A stretch of 25,084 nt of DNA from a virus. Lineage: Duplodnaviria; Caudoviricetes. Below are positions 17,022 through 25,084 of this stretch, one piece after another. A program made the position numbers and the translations under genes. The notes beneath the pieces were generated by a model, which saw only the letters and a program-made list of their open reading frames with translations, did not search any database and was not told the DNA's origin. The stretch spans positions 1 to 25,084 of the IMG/VR virus record IMGVR_UViG_3300034073_000278; one strand, given 5' to 3'. Every line of letters begins with the position of its first letter. Position 1 is the stretch's first letter.

Positions 17022-19019
17022 TTATAAGTCAGGGAAAGCCGCAGTAGGTGGTGTAAATGTTGTGGTGTAACGGGCCACGCCCTTGGTAATACGGAGGTCG
17101 TCTATGAAGCCATCCCAATGAGAAGAAGCATTATTTCCTCTATCTGTTCCAACTCGCAAAACAACCGTTTGATTAAAGTTACTACTTACCGTTCCAATTC
17201 CGTCATTTACACCATTTATGTAAAGTTTAGTTTGGTTTGATCCTGTGCCTTCTCGCACTACAGCAACATGAGTCCATACACCAGTTGAAACAGAAGCAGA
17301 CGACCTAATAAAATCGCTTGCGTTATACGCAAACTCTAATTTATCGGCATTTAACCAAAACAACCACCCATCAGTTGCCCCCGTTCCTTTTTGAACAATA
17401 CCTTTGTTATTAGTAGAGTCTGGATATATCCATGCCTCTATCGTGAACGGCCCTGTACCAAGTTGGTTGTCTACAGAATTAGGAACAACCAAATAATCCC
17501 CAGTCCCATCAAACTCCATAGACCCAGTACCGTACTTCTTAGTGGTCGTATCTATCTGAGCATTGCCGACTGTCTCTAGGTTGTTCTTGCCTGTGTTGTC
17601 GAATATGCCAGCGTTGGTGAAGTTTAGAAGGAGTTTTGTATTGGTTACCGCAGTAAGCGGTGCGGTTGGTGGAGTGAACGCAGAAGGGTAGGTGTCTGTT
17701 CCGTTAACTACCCTTAAATCTGACATATAGCCAGTCAATGCGTATGCAGTTGCGTTAAGCGGAGTTCCACCTATGCCAACAGTTGATGCCGCCCCTGTTG
17801 TAAGAGAACCTAATGCCGCAGTTCCACCAGATACGCCATTAACATAAACACGAATGGTTGATCCGTCTGAACTCCAAGCAATATGATTCCATTGACCTTG
17901 GATGGGGCCAATAGATGACGCTAGAACAATTCCACTTGTGGTTAAGAAATAGGGGTTATATGGTGAAGAGTTATCAACCCAAAAGAAATAATTTGAAAAT
18001 GTTGCCGCAGTTCTTGTTTCTAAAAAAGTGCAACCTGTTGTAAGGTTTGTTGGGTAAATCCACCCCTCAACACTAAACGCTCCGCTGAATGTGAAGTCTG
18101 ATCCGTTTGGAACTGTTAGATTGTCACCGTTGCCATCAAAATACCCACTCCCGCCATTCACACTCGCAGAATAAGCCGCAGATGGCGCAAAGGGGCTGAA
18201 GGGTTGGACGGATACATCACCAGTAGGCGTGATCGCCTTAGCCGTTGTTGCGGTATTAGCATCAACAAAACGGTTGGAGTAGCAAGTAAGAAGTTTTTGG
18301 TTAGTTGTAGATGGGCTTAATGGTGTTGTACTTGGGGTAAATCCAGATGTATAGATTGCAGAACCAATTACAACACTTAAATTTGACAAATAACCATTGA
18401 GAGTAGTAGCGACTGAGTTTGCATTTGATCTAGCACCAATTCTAAAATCATCACCGTCTGATAAATCTGCCGTATAGGTTGCTGAATCTTCTTCTACCCC
18501 GTTTGCAAAAATACGCAAAGTACCAGATGATCTAGTAATTGCATAATGCGTCCAAACATTCGCTTGAATCGGAGCCTCAACTCTGGTTGCGGCATTATGA
18601 TAAAAACGCATTGTAAACGGCCCAGAGTTAGGTAATGAAATCATCCACCCAACATTATTATCGTCTCTAGTATCTACTACTATTGACCCACTATTCCAAT
18701 ATATCCAAAACTGAATACAAAAATCACCTGTACTTAAATCTTTAAGTGTGGAGTCTGTATCTAAATAATCATTAGTACCATCAAAATAATTACTCCACTG
18801 CCCTGCCGCTAAACTGAACGGGCTAAATGTACCCTGCGTGGTATTGCCGTTACGAGTGATGGTGAAGTTGTTTGTAGACGAGTCTAGGAAGGTGTTGTTC
18901 TGTGCGCCATTGGTTCCGTCACCGTGTAAGAGTAGGACGGTTTGGTTAAAGTTGGGGTCGGTAGCAAGCCCACCGCCTTGGCCTGCCGCACCCATCATTG
19001 CCTGAACGATGTTATCCAT
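17022..19019 (-). CDS. Tail fibre/receptor-binding protein with three LamG/concanavalin-A-like domains
   Basis: Three repeats of FDGxxDxL...FxxxxWIY...WxHxA...xxxNGV...GxxxxL...FTP. Confidence 0.88.
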   Translation of the reverse strand: MDNIVQAMMGAAGQGGGLATDPNFNQTVLLLHGDGTNGAQNNTFLDSSTNNFTITRNGNTTQGTFSPFSLAAGQWSNYFDGTNDYLDTDSTLKDLSTGDFCIQFWIYWNSGSIVVDTRDDNNVGWMISLPNSGPFTMRFYHNAATRVEAPIQANVWTHYAITRSSGTLRIFANGVEEDSATYTADLSDGDDFRIGARSNANSVATTLNGYLSNLSVVIGSAIYTSGFTPSTTPLSPSTTNQKLLTCYSNRFVDANTATTAKAITPTGDVSVQPFSPFAPSAAYSASVNGGSGYFDGNGDNLTVPNGSDFTFSGAFSVEGWIYPTNLTTGCTFLETRTAATFSNYFFWVDNSSPYNPYFLTTSGIVLASSIGPIQGQWNHIAWSSDGSTIRVYVNGVSGGTAALGSLTTGAASTVGIGGTPLNATAYALTGYMSDLRVVNGTDTYPSAFTPPTAPLTAVTNTKLLLNFTNAGIFDNTGKNNLETVGNAQIDTTTKKYGTGSMEFDGTGDYLVVPNSVDNQLGTGPFTIEAWIYPDSTNNKGIVQKGTGATDGWLFWLNADKLEFAYNASDFIRSSASVSTGVWTHVAVVREGTGSNQTKLYINGVNDGIGTVSSNFNQTVVLRVGTDRGNNASSHWDGFIDDLRITKGVARYTTTFTPPTAAFPDL

Positions 19020-19630
19020 TACTTTGAGTCCGTTGAGCTAACCATTCCATGCCACGTCGTACCAGCGTCATACGACACGAATACCAATATATCGAGGCCA
19101 TTGGCCGTTAACGAAGGCGCTACACCACCGGCCCAATCCACGTTTGTCCACGTCTGCGTATCTGCACCACCATTGCTAAGGGCTAACACCACACCACTCA
19201 AGGTATTGGCAGGCGAGGCATTAGCAAACGTCCATGTTGCATTGGCGTTGGTCGTGGCACTGTAGAAGTTGGCAACAGCAAGGTCAATTGTCACATTGCC
19301 ACTGGTAACGCCTAATGCGCTTCCCTCAACGCTGTAGTACTTGAGCTTAGGTTGGGTAGCCAGATTGCCTACAAAGTCCACAGAGACATTTGTAAGGGCT
19401 GAATTGGCTACGTTTAGCCCATCGCTTGTGCCCGTGGTAATCGTGACGTTGGACACGCTAATGTTGTCAAGACTGCCGCCAGTGACTTGCACGTTGGCAA
19501 GCGTTTCAACGCCGTTGGCAATGCCGTTAATAGCGTTTGATAGCGTGCCAAAGTTGGCATCTAACTGGGAAAGTGGGATAGAAGCCGTAGCACCGGCAAA
19601 CGTATTAGGAACAACGACAGGTAGTGCCAT
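19019..19630 (-). CDS. Tail fibre proximal/adaptor protein
   Basis: IPLSQLDANF anchor followed by a beta-rich TIDL...W.GG.APSLT...DILVF domain. Confidence 0.65.
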   Translation of the reverse strand: MALPVVVPNTFAGATASIPLSQLDANFGTLSNAINGIANGVETLANVQVTGGSLDNISVSNVTITTGTSDGLNVANSALTNVSVDFVGNLATQPKLKYYSVEGSALGVTSGNVTIDLAVANFYSATTNANATWTFANASPANTLSGVVLALSNGGADTQTWTNVDWAGGVAPSLTANGLDILVFVSYDAGTTWHGMVSSTDSK

Positions 19631-19631
19631 T

Positions 19632-21362
19632 TTAGAACCTCGCTCTTAGTTCATGTTCAAGTTGGAAGCCATTGATCGTGAATGGCGTGGTGTTGCCCGT
19701 CACGGTTAGCCCAAGATATTTACCGTACATTTTCGCATCGGATTTGTATAAAAAATAGCCACTGGTTACAGAGCCGCCTTGCCCCGTCCAGCCAATCTGA
19801 ATATTGCTATTGTTAATCCACGGTATGACTGTATTGCTATTGTTAGTCCAAAAAATAGTGTTGGAAAAATCAATGGCAGGCGATTGCTGGTTTTCCGAGT
19901 CAATAAAGGCTTGCAAGGAGGCAAAGCCCGTTCCAAGGGTTGCTTCAATGCCCACCTTAAGGGCTTGCTTATCCCGTATGGGGTCGCCCATTGGCCACAA
20001 TGCCGTTTCTAGCTCCCAGTCAATGCCCGTGGTGGAGTTGGAGTAGAACTTTACAAAGTCTGTGCCCGTGGTGCCGTACATGAGGATGTTGCCGTCAAGC
20101 GTGGCCGAGGCGGTAAAGGTAATGTTGTCGCCTTGACTAGTTATAAACCACTTGCGGTCAAAGAAAACAAGCTGCACCTTGCGTGGCGTGCCTGCATCGT
20201 TGTAGGTAAACGTCCAAGCAGCGCACAGAATGTTGTTAATAAGGACTTGACCAGCCGTAATGGGCTTCGTAAAGTCAATGTCCGTGAATATATCGTCGAT
20301 GGAATCGCTAATTTTGGTGGTGGTTGCACCCACAAGAGCGTACACACCGTAGCGATTGAGAAACAACATGCTTCGGAAGTACGGAAAAATGGCGTACTTA
20401 AAGCCCGATCCAATGCTTGCCGACACGTTGGTGTTGGTAAATAGGGTTTCCCCTGTGACGCTGTTGACCCGAACGTCGGAAAAGACGTTGATTGAGTCTT
20501 CGCCAAAGATGTAAAGGAAGTTGTTTGCCGCAATAATCGTGGCAATGTTGGTTCTAAGCGTGCTGTCGGTAAGCGTGATAAAGCCCGAACTGACGTTAAT
20601 GAAGTCGTTATAGGTGTCTGCGGCGGTGTAATAGACCGTCCGTTCCTCGCTAATCCATGTTCTGCCCGAAAAAGTAGCGATTCCAGTGCCACTTTGACTA
20701 AATAACGTGCAAGTTACGTTGGCATTGGAGCCGCCCGGGTCGGTAATTGTGATGGTTGGGGCTGCTGTATAGCCGGTTCCAGCCTCCGTAACAAGAATTT
20801 GTACGATGGTATTGCCAAGCGTAACGGCCTCACCTGTGGCTTGCACGCCACCCGTTTGGTCGGGTGCGCTAAATGTGACTGTGACGTTGGTGTAGTTGCT
20901 TCCACCGTCATTGATTGTGACTGTACCGACAGAGCCTATATCGACAAGATTCGTGCCATCCCATGTTTTGTACCCGTTATTCGGGTCAATGATAAGGATT
21001 CGCTCGTTTTTCCACTGCACAATCTGCACATTGGAGTTGGAAAACGTATTGGCTGCGGCTAGGTTGCCAAGGGTATTGTTTTCGATGTTGACGTACTGTG
21101 CCGAGCCGTCTTCTTGAAAGGCAAACTGAAACTCGGTGTTGTTAATGTTTGCGGCAGCCATGTAGCTAACCGTGTTGGCAAAGGTTACCCCTGCTTGCGT
21201 GTCGGGCGCATTGACGATCTTGACGTTACCAAAGCCAATGGGCTGTGCGTTTTCAAGCCACGCAAACTCACCCTCGCCAATAGCGGTACGGTTATTCGTG
21301 ACATTGATGCCCTTGAAGTCTTTTGAAACGTAATAAGACTTTTTCTGCTCTAACGCTGCCAT
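19632..21362 (-). CDS. Tail nozzle / DNA stabilisation protein (P22 gp10- or T7 gp12-like position)
   Basis: 576 aa, beta-propeller-like composition, directly after the adaptor gene. Confidence 0.75.
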   Translation of the reverse strand: MAALEQKKSYYVSKDFKGINVTNNRTAIGEGEFAWLENAQPIGFGNVKIVNAPDTQAGVTFANTVSYMAAANINNTEFQFAFQEDGSAQYVNIENNTLGNLAAANTFSNSNVQIVQWKNERILIIDPNNGYKTWDGTNLVDIGSVGTVTINDGGSNYTNVTVTFSAPDQTGGVQATGEAVTLGNTIVQILVTEAGTGYTAAPTITITDPGGSNANVTCTLFSQSGTGIATFSGRTWISEERTVYYTAADTYNDFINVSSGFITLTDSTLRTNIATIIAANNFLYIFGEDSINVFSDVRVNSVTGETLFTNTNVSASIGSGFKYAIFPYFRSMLFLNRYGVYALVGATTTKISDSIDDIFTDIDFTKPITAGQVLINNILCAAWTFTYNDAGTPRKVQLVFFDRKWFITSQGDNITFTASATLDGNILMYGTTGTDFVKFYSNSTTGIDWELETALWPMGDPIRDKQALKVGIEATLGTGFASLQAFIDSENQQSPAIDFSNTIFWTNNSNTVIPWINNSNIQIGWTGQGGSVTSGYFLYKSDAKMYGKYLGLTVTGNTTPFTINGFQLEHELRARF

Positions 21363-22001
21363 TTAGTACCCCGATTGGTAAACGGAGGGCAAGCGCCGTG
21401 TGAAGGTGCTGTTTAAGGCTCCAAGTATCTGTTTGGTGTACTCTTGCTTGAATATTTCTGACTCGCCATACGACTGCTCTTGGTACTTTGCACGGCTAGC
21501 GGCATAGTACGCCACAGCCTCATAGTAAGGCGACGGTATGTCATCGTCTTCATCGTCCGTACTAACAAGCGCAGTAGGCAAAACAACCGTATCAAGCTCG
21601 ATTTCGTAGGCTTGATCGGGCTTTGGCCCTATGTAAATCGTCTTGCCGCCATAGATTGAGAAGCCTATAGGACGGCCATTGTAGTTTTGCCAGAAACGCA
21701 ACTGGGCGTTGAAGTCCGTCCAAGCCATGTAATACATTGGCCAGCGGGAATCGCCCCAATACAGGTTAATGTTAAGCACATCAATCGTATTGTTGCCTTG
21801 CGGCAGTGCGCTGTATGCGATGGTTTCTTGTCCTACCGACATGGTGTAGGACTGGATTACTCTCTTACAACCCGTGTCTTGAACCGTGTGACTACGAGCG
21901 TCGTTAACGTAATCGGTTATTTCTGCTGTTGTCCAGAAATTCCCATTAACGTCATGCAAAAGTCGTCGGGTTTCGACGATGTAATCGTTTAGCGTAGGCA
22001 T
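21363..22001 (-). CDS. Head-tail adaptor (tail tubular protein A-like)
   Basis: TLNDYI...RRLL, DYVNDA, IYIGPKPDQAY and EAVAYYAA motifs; size and position fit. Confidence 0.78.
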   Translation of the reverse strand: MPTLNDYIVETRRLLHDVNGNFWTTAEITDYVNDARSHTVQDTGCKRVIQSYTMSVGQETIAYSALPQGNNTIDVLNINLYWGDSRWPMYYMAWTDFNAQLRFWQNYNGRPIGFSIYGGKTIYIGPKPDQAYEIELDTVVLPTALVSTDDEDDDIPSPYYEAVAYYAASRAKYQEQSYGESEIFKQEYTKQILGALNSTFTRRLPSVYQSGY

Positions 22002-22013
22002 ACATGCTCATAG

Positions 22014-22361
22014 TTAATGGGCATGGACTTTGGCTGCGCTTTTGCCTTTCGCTTTTGGCTCGGGCATCGGCGCAGCTACTCGCTCCACCACCGGGGCTGA
22101 CAAGTGGACTTTCTTTGCAGGCTCGGACGAAAATGAAATATCTGCCATGCGCTCTAAAGCACGGGGCAAATCCGTGTTCATTTTCATCCACCCAAGCCTT
22201 ACAAAATACGGCTCTTTATTGTCAACGCCATAACCAAAAATGTGTTTTGCCGCATCTAAGGAAATTTCTGTTTCTTTGTCTGTTTCGAAAACGTAATCCT
22301 TGCCTTCAAACCGACCAGTGACAGGCATACCCTTATTTGTGACAAAAATCATCTTGTTCAT
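22014..22361 (-). CDS. Hypothetical protein
   Basis: 115-aa ORF with an ATGA overlap and a Pro/Lys-rich tail. Confidence 0.75.
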   Translation of the reverse strand: MNKMIFVTNKGMPVTGRFEGKDYVFETDKETEISLDAAKHIFGYGVDNKEPYFVRLGWMKMNTDLPRALERMADISFSSEPAKKVHLSAPVVERVAAPMPEPKAKGKSAAKVHAH

Positions 22362-22762
22362 AGCGTGACAATATCTCCATACACAAAAATGTCTGCTGTA
22401 GCAGCAGCACCTTGCGGAGTTGTTAGTGAGAGATACAGGCTTGTGGCTGTACGGTAATCCGTGTTGCTGGCAAGCGTAAGGTCAAGAAACTTCGTGCCTG
22501 CCGACAACGTGCTGTATGCCTGCGAGTTAGCCACAACAGCCGTACCACCTTTGCTGACAGCGGTATAAATACCGCCGACAGCCGTGGTCAGACTAATTGA
22601 AGCGTTGGTCGCAACAATACGCCGAATGATGTACTTTGCTGGTGCCGAGAATATGACGATCTGCTGATCGCCAGTGCTATTCATATTGGCACCAATCAAT
22701 TCGCCAAGCAATATCCCGCCAAACCGATCAGGCAACTGCGCTCCTATACGATTAGCGTCCAT
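22358..22762 (-). CDS. Putative capsid decoration/virion protein
   Basis: Ala/Thr-rich beta protein two genes after the capsid gene; SD GGAG. Confidence 0.65.
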   Translation of the reverse strand: MDANRIGAQLPDRFGGILLGELIGANMNSTGDQQIVIFSAPAKYIIRRIVATNASISLTTAVGGIYTAVSKGGTAVVANSQAYSTLSAGTKFLDLTLASNTDYRTATSLYLSLTTPQGAAATADIFVYGDIVTL

Positions 22763-22773
22763 ATTGCTCCCCC

Positions 22774-23109
22774 TTAGCTAGCGTAAGTGCTGTTAGCGGC
22801 TTGCTCACTGCCTACAACAACGTAGGTTGAGGTCACAAGTTGGTCGCCAAGGTTGCTAAGACGCACGTTGGTACCATCAGAAACAATGAAACCACCAGCG
22901 TTATTAGCAAGCACCGTGGCAAAACCAGTGCCAGCAGAGGCGTTGTTAACCTGCACAGCGACGTTTACCGTGGGGTAAACGATGTAAGCGCCTGCGGCCA
23001 GAACAACATTGGCAGCATCCGTCAGTCCTTGCGAACCGGCGGTAAAGTACGCTGCCGTGCTGTTGGCGTTAGCGCCAGCAAGAAGAATTTTATTGAGTGC
23101 GAGTGACAT
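22774..23109 (-). CDS. Putative capsid decoration protein
   Basis: Ala/Asn/Val-rich 111 aa directly after the capsid gene; strong SD TAAGGAG. Confidence 0.65.
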   Translation of the reverse strand: MSLALNKILLAGANANSTAAYFTAGSQGLTDAANVVLAAGAYIVYPTVNVAVQVNNASAGTGFATVLANNAGGFIVSDGTNVRLSNLGDQLVTSTYVVVGSEQAANSTYAS

Positions 23110-23121
23110 GGTTATTTCTCC

Positions 23122-24123
23122 TTAAAGCGTAAGAGAGTTGTAGCCAGTCACCTTCGTCATCGACTTAGGTTTCGTGCTAACCATCTCAGCGATCATAAGC
23201 ACGGCACCGACGTAGCCGATTTGGAAGTTGGGCAGAGTGGACTCAAACCCAGTGAACGCAAACGATGCCTGCTCATGGATGTACATGGACAGATAGTTGG
23301 TGTTCAACAGGTAAAGCGTACCCTCTGGGCAGTAGGGGTCTGGGTAAATAGGTACACCAGCAACCATCAAAGCACGGAAAGCTGCTTGAGGGCCATTGGC
23401 ATCACCGTCAAAACCTGATCCCGGGGTAATCATGTACTGCTCTTGACCGACGTAATCTTGGGCAAGTAGCGTCCAAGTACCGAAGCCGCACACACCAAAC
23501 GTGGGCACTTCAGCGCAGTTTTTCACTGTGCCAGAGATGTATTGCAACACGTTTTGACGGGTGGGGTTAACGGAACCAGCCGCATACTCTTTGGACTGCC
23601 ACCAGCTATAGGTGGAACGATTGATGTTTCCGTAGGTACCAGACGAATCAACCGCTAAAGGCAGGCCAGTAAATTGCTGTGTATCGCTGGTGTTGTTGTA
23701 CAGCGACGTGGCCATAGCGTCCATCATCACGTTGGTCGCATCGTTCATGCGAGCCTCGATCAAAGGAATAATGGCGTAGTCTTGCTGAACAGCGCCTTCC
23801 ATACCGAGGAACGGTACGGGAGAAACCAGCAGCTTCAGGTTGAACTCAGCGTTATAAGCGCCTTGTTGCACTGAAGGTTGAGCAAAGGAGCCAGAGTAAT
23901 CTGACCACTGTGCGTTGACGAACTGCGACCCTTGGACGGGCACCGTCACCGACGACACACCGCCTGAAGCGGTCTGACTGTTGGCGATCAGTGCGGCCAT
24001 AAGGGGCGTAGAGTTGTAAATCTGCACGACCATTTTCGGGATAAACGCACGCCGAGTAACATAAGTTAACTCGGTGTATTGGTTGCTACCCGAGGCCGGT
24101 AAAATTCCACCGCCGATAGGCAT
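23122..24123 (-). CDS. Major capsid protein
   Basis: 333 aa after the scaffold gene; features such as QIYNSTPLMA, YGNINRS..SWW and GVPIYPDPYCPEGTLYLLNT fit an HK97-fold capsid protein; SD AGGAG. Confidence 0.9.
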   Translation of the reverse strand: MPIGGGILPASGSNQYTELTYVTRRAFIPKMVVQIYNSTPLMAALIANSQTASGGVSSVTVPVQGSQFVNAQWSDYSGSFAQPSVQQGAYNAEFNLKLLVSPVPFLGMEGAVQQDYAIIPLIEARMNDATNVMMDAMATSLYNNTSDTQQFTGLPLAVDSSGTYGNINRSTYSWWQSKEYAAGSVNPTRQNVLQYISGTVKNCAEVPTFGVCGFGTWTLLAQDYVGQEQYMITPGSGFDGDANGPQAAFRALMVAGVPIYPDPYCPEGTLYLLNTNYLSMYIHEQASFAFTGFESTLPNFQIGYVGAVLMIAEMVSTKPKSMTKVTGYNSLTL

Positions 24124-24168
24124 AACGATCTCCTAAACTAAAAAGCCCCTAAAACGAAAAACAGAATC

Positions 24169-24699
24169 CTACAGCCCAATGGGTCGAGGATTCTTCCTAA
24201 ATTCTGCTAATGCTGCATGTGCTGCGTCACGAGCAGCACCCACGGGATTCTTCATGTAATCCTTTGTGTTGAACTTGCTCATTACCGGCTGAGGAAACTG
24301 ACTGGGCGTAGGTGCCGTCATCTGCTTCATGTACTGATGGTACTCAGCGGCGGTTTCGTGATTGGCAATGCCTTTTTCAATCATCAATTTCTCGATCTCC
24401 TGAATATCATCATCGGAATCGACCAATTGCTTTTGCTTCAAAGACGAACGCCGACGCTCAAGCTCTTCTTTGGCCTCTTTTGCCCGTAACTTGGCTTCCA
24501 AGGACTCGACTCGCTTGTTGGCATCGGCTAGCACTTGGTTCGTGCGCTCCTCAATTTCAATTTCTGGGATGGGAACGTCAGGACGAACCTGCTTGGTGAG
24601 TTGCAAAAACTGCTTGCGGGTCTTGGGGTCTTCGGCCAATGACTTGGCTAAGGCCGCAAGTTCCGCTTGTGCTTCGACTGATAAGTTTTCTAATGACAT
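24169..24699 (-). CDS. Putative capsid scaffolding protein
   Basis: Charged coiled-coil protein of 176 aa directly upstream of the capsid gene. Confidence 0.7.
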   Translation of the reverse strand: MSLENLSVEAQAELAALAKSLAEDPKTRKQFLQLTKQVRPDVPIPEIEIEERTNQVLADANKRVESLEAKLRAKEAKEELERRRSSLKQKQLVDSDDDIQEIEKLMIEKGIANHETAAEYHQYMKQMTAPTPSQFPQPVMSKFNTKDYMKNPVGAARDAAHAALAEFRKNPRPIGL

Positions 24700-24721
24700 A
24701 CGTTAGCCCCTTTCGTTGAAA

Positions 24722-24907
24722 TTAGATAACCTTCTTGCCGTCACCGGGCTTGCTAAGAGTCATCTTGTTCTTAGGCCCGATCTTGGCTGAGTCCTTTAGA
24801 CCGCCAAAGGTGGCATAACGGGGAGTGTTAACAATCTGACCGTTCTGCTGCGTGTTGTCGGTAGGACGGCGGGGAGACATGTTGCCCCGAGGTTTGAAAA
24901 GTTCCAT
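24722..24907 (-). CDS. Small basic protein, 61 aa
   Basis: SD AGGAG; fills the gap between neighbours. Confidence 0.75.
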   Translation of the reverse strand: MELFKPRGNMSPRRPTDNTQQNGQIVNTPRYATFGGLKDSAKIGPKNKMTLSKPGDGKKVI

Positions 24908-24916
24908 TTGCTACTC

Positions 24917-25084
24917 CTATATTGGCATGGGTGGTTGCTGAGTACCGGGTACAGGCGCTTGGGCAATTGCTCTTGCTTCAGGCGTGGCGCCTCCCGCCTG
25001 CGGCAAAGTTTGAATCAAGTTCATTATTTCGGCTGGCATCAACTCACGGGTTGACGACTCACGCTCACCGAACTCACGGGTAAT
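24917..25084 (-). CDS. C-terminal fragment of an upstream head-module gene
   Basis: Open from the window edge: ITREFGERESSTRELMPAEIMNLIQTLPQAGGATPEARAIAQAPVPGTQQPPMPI*. Confidence 0.7.
   Translation of the reverse strand: MTREFGERESSTRELMPAEIMNLIQTLPQAGGATPEARAIAQAPVPGTQQPPMPI

Larger units (their letters stand above)
1..25084. mobile_element. Tailed phage genome segment, podovirus-like organisation
   Basis: Capsid, scaffold, adaptor, nozzle, fibres, large internal proteins, holin and endolysin lie in one overlapping-gene operon. No tape measure, sheath or cellular genes are seen. Prophage versus free phage cannot be decided here. Confidence 0.96.

Noticed and set aside
17022-19019. Diversity-generating retroelement target
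   Set aside because: No reverse transcriptase or adenine-mismatched template repeat is seen in the window.
25041-25081. 11-nt direct repeat AACTCACGGGT
   Set aside because: It has only two copies, is in frame within coding sequence (TRE...TRE) and lies at the window edge; nothing supports an att site or CRISPR repeat.
1-25084. Stop-codon reassignment
   Set aside because: TAA, TAG and TGA all end genes at coupled junctions, and coding density is high under the standard code.

Overview
The whole window is part of a tailed dsDNA phage genome with podovirus-type architecture. No host genes, integrase, RNA genes or CRISPR arrays are visible. A plus-strand DNA-metabolism block (1-2846) holds a partial annealase/recombinase-like gene, an HTH domain, an SSB-like protein, a resolvase-like nuclease, a GT-A glycosyltransferase-like protein and a second PD-(D/E)XK nuclease. 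It converges on a tightly coupled minus-strand late operon (25084 down to 2887) encoding scaffold, major capsid, adaptor, nozzle, fibres (one with three LamG domains), fibre chaperone, four large internal/ejection proteins, many small basic proteins and a lysis module (membrane proteins, 3-TM holin, M15 peptidase endolysin). The late operon ends at an intrinsic terminator. Main observations: (1) an in-frame A_AAA_AAG slippery site at the recombinase stop that would fuse it to an HTH domain lacking its own good start; (2) a lysis-region gene whose likely N-terminus has no canonical start codon; (3) four unannotated small basic ORFs; (4) a dispersed paralog pair; (5) GC oscillation matching the domain/linker structure of the LamG fibre. 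All family assignments come from motif recognition and gene order, not database searches.
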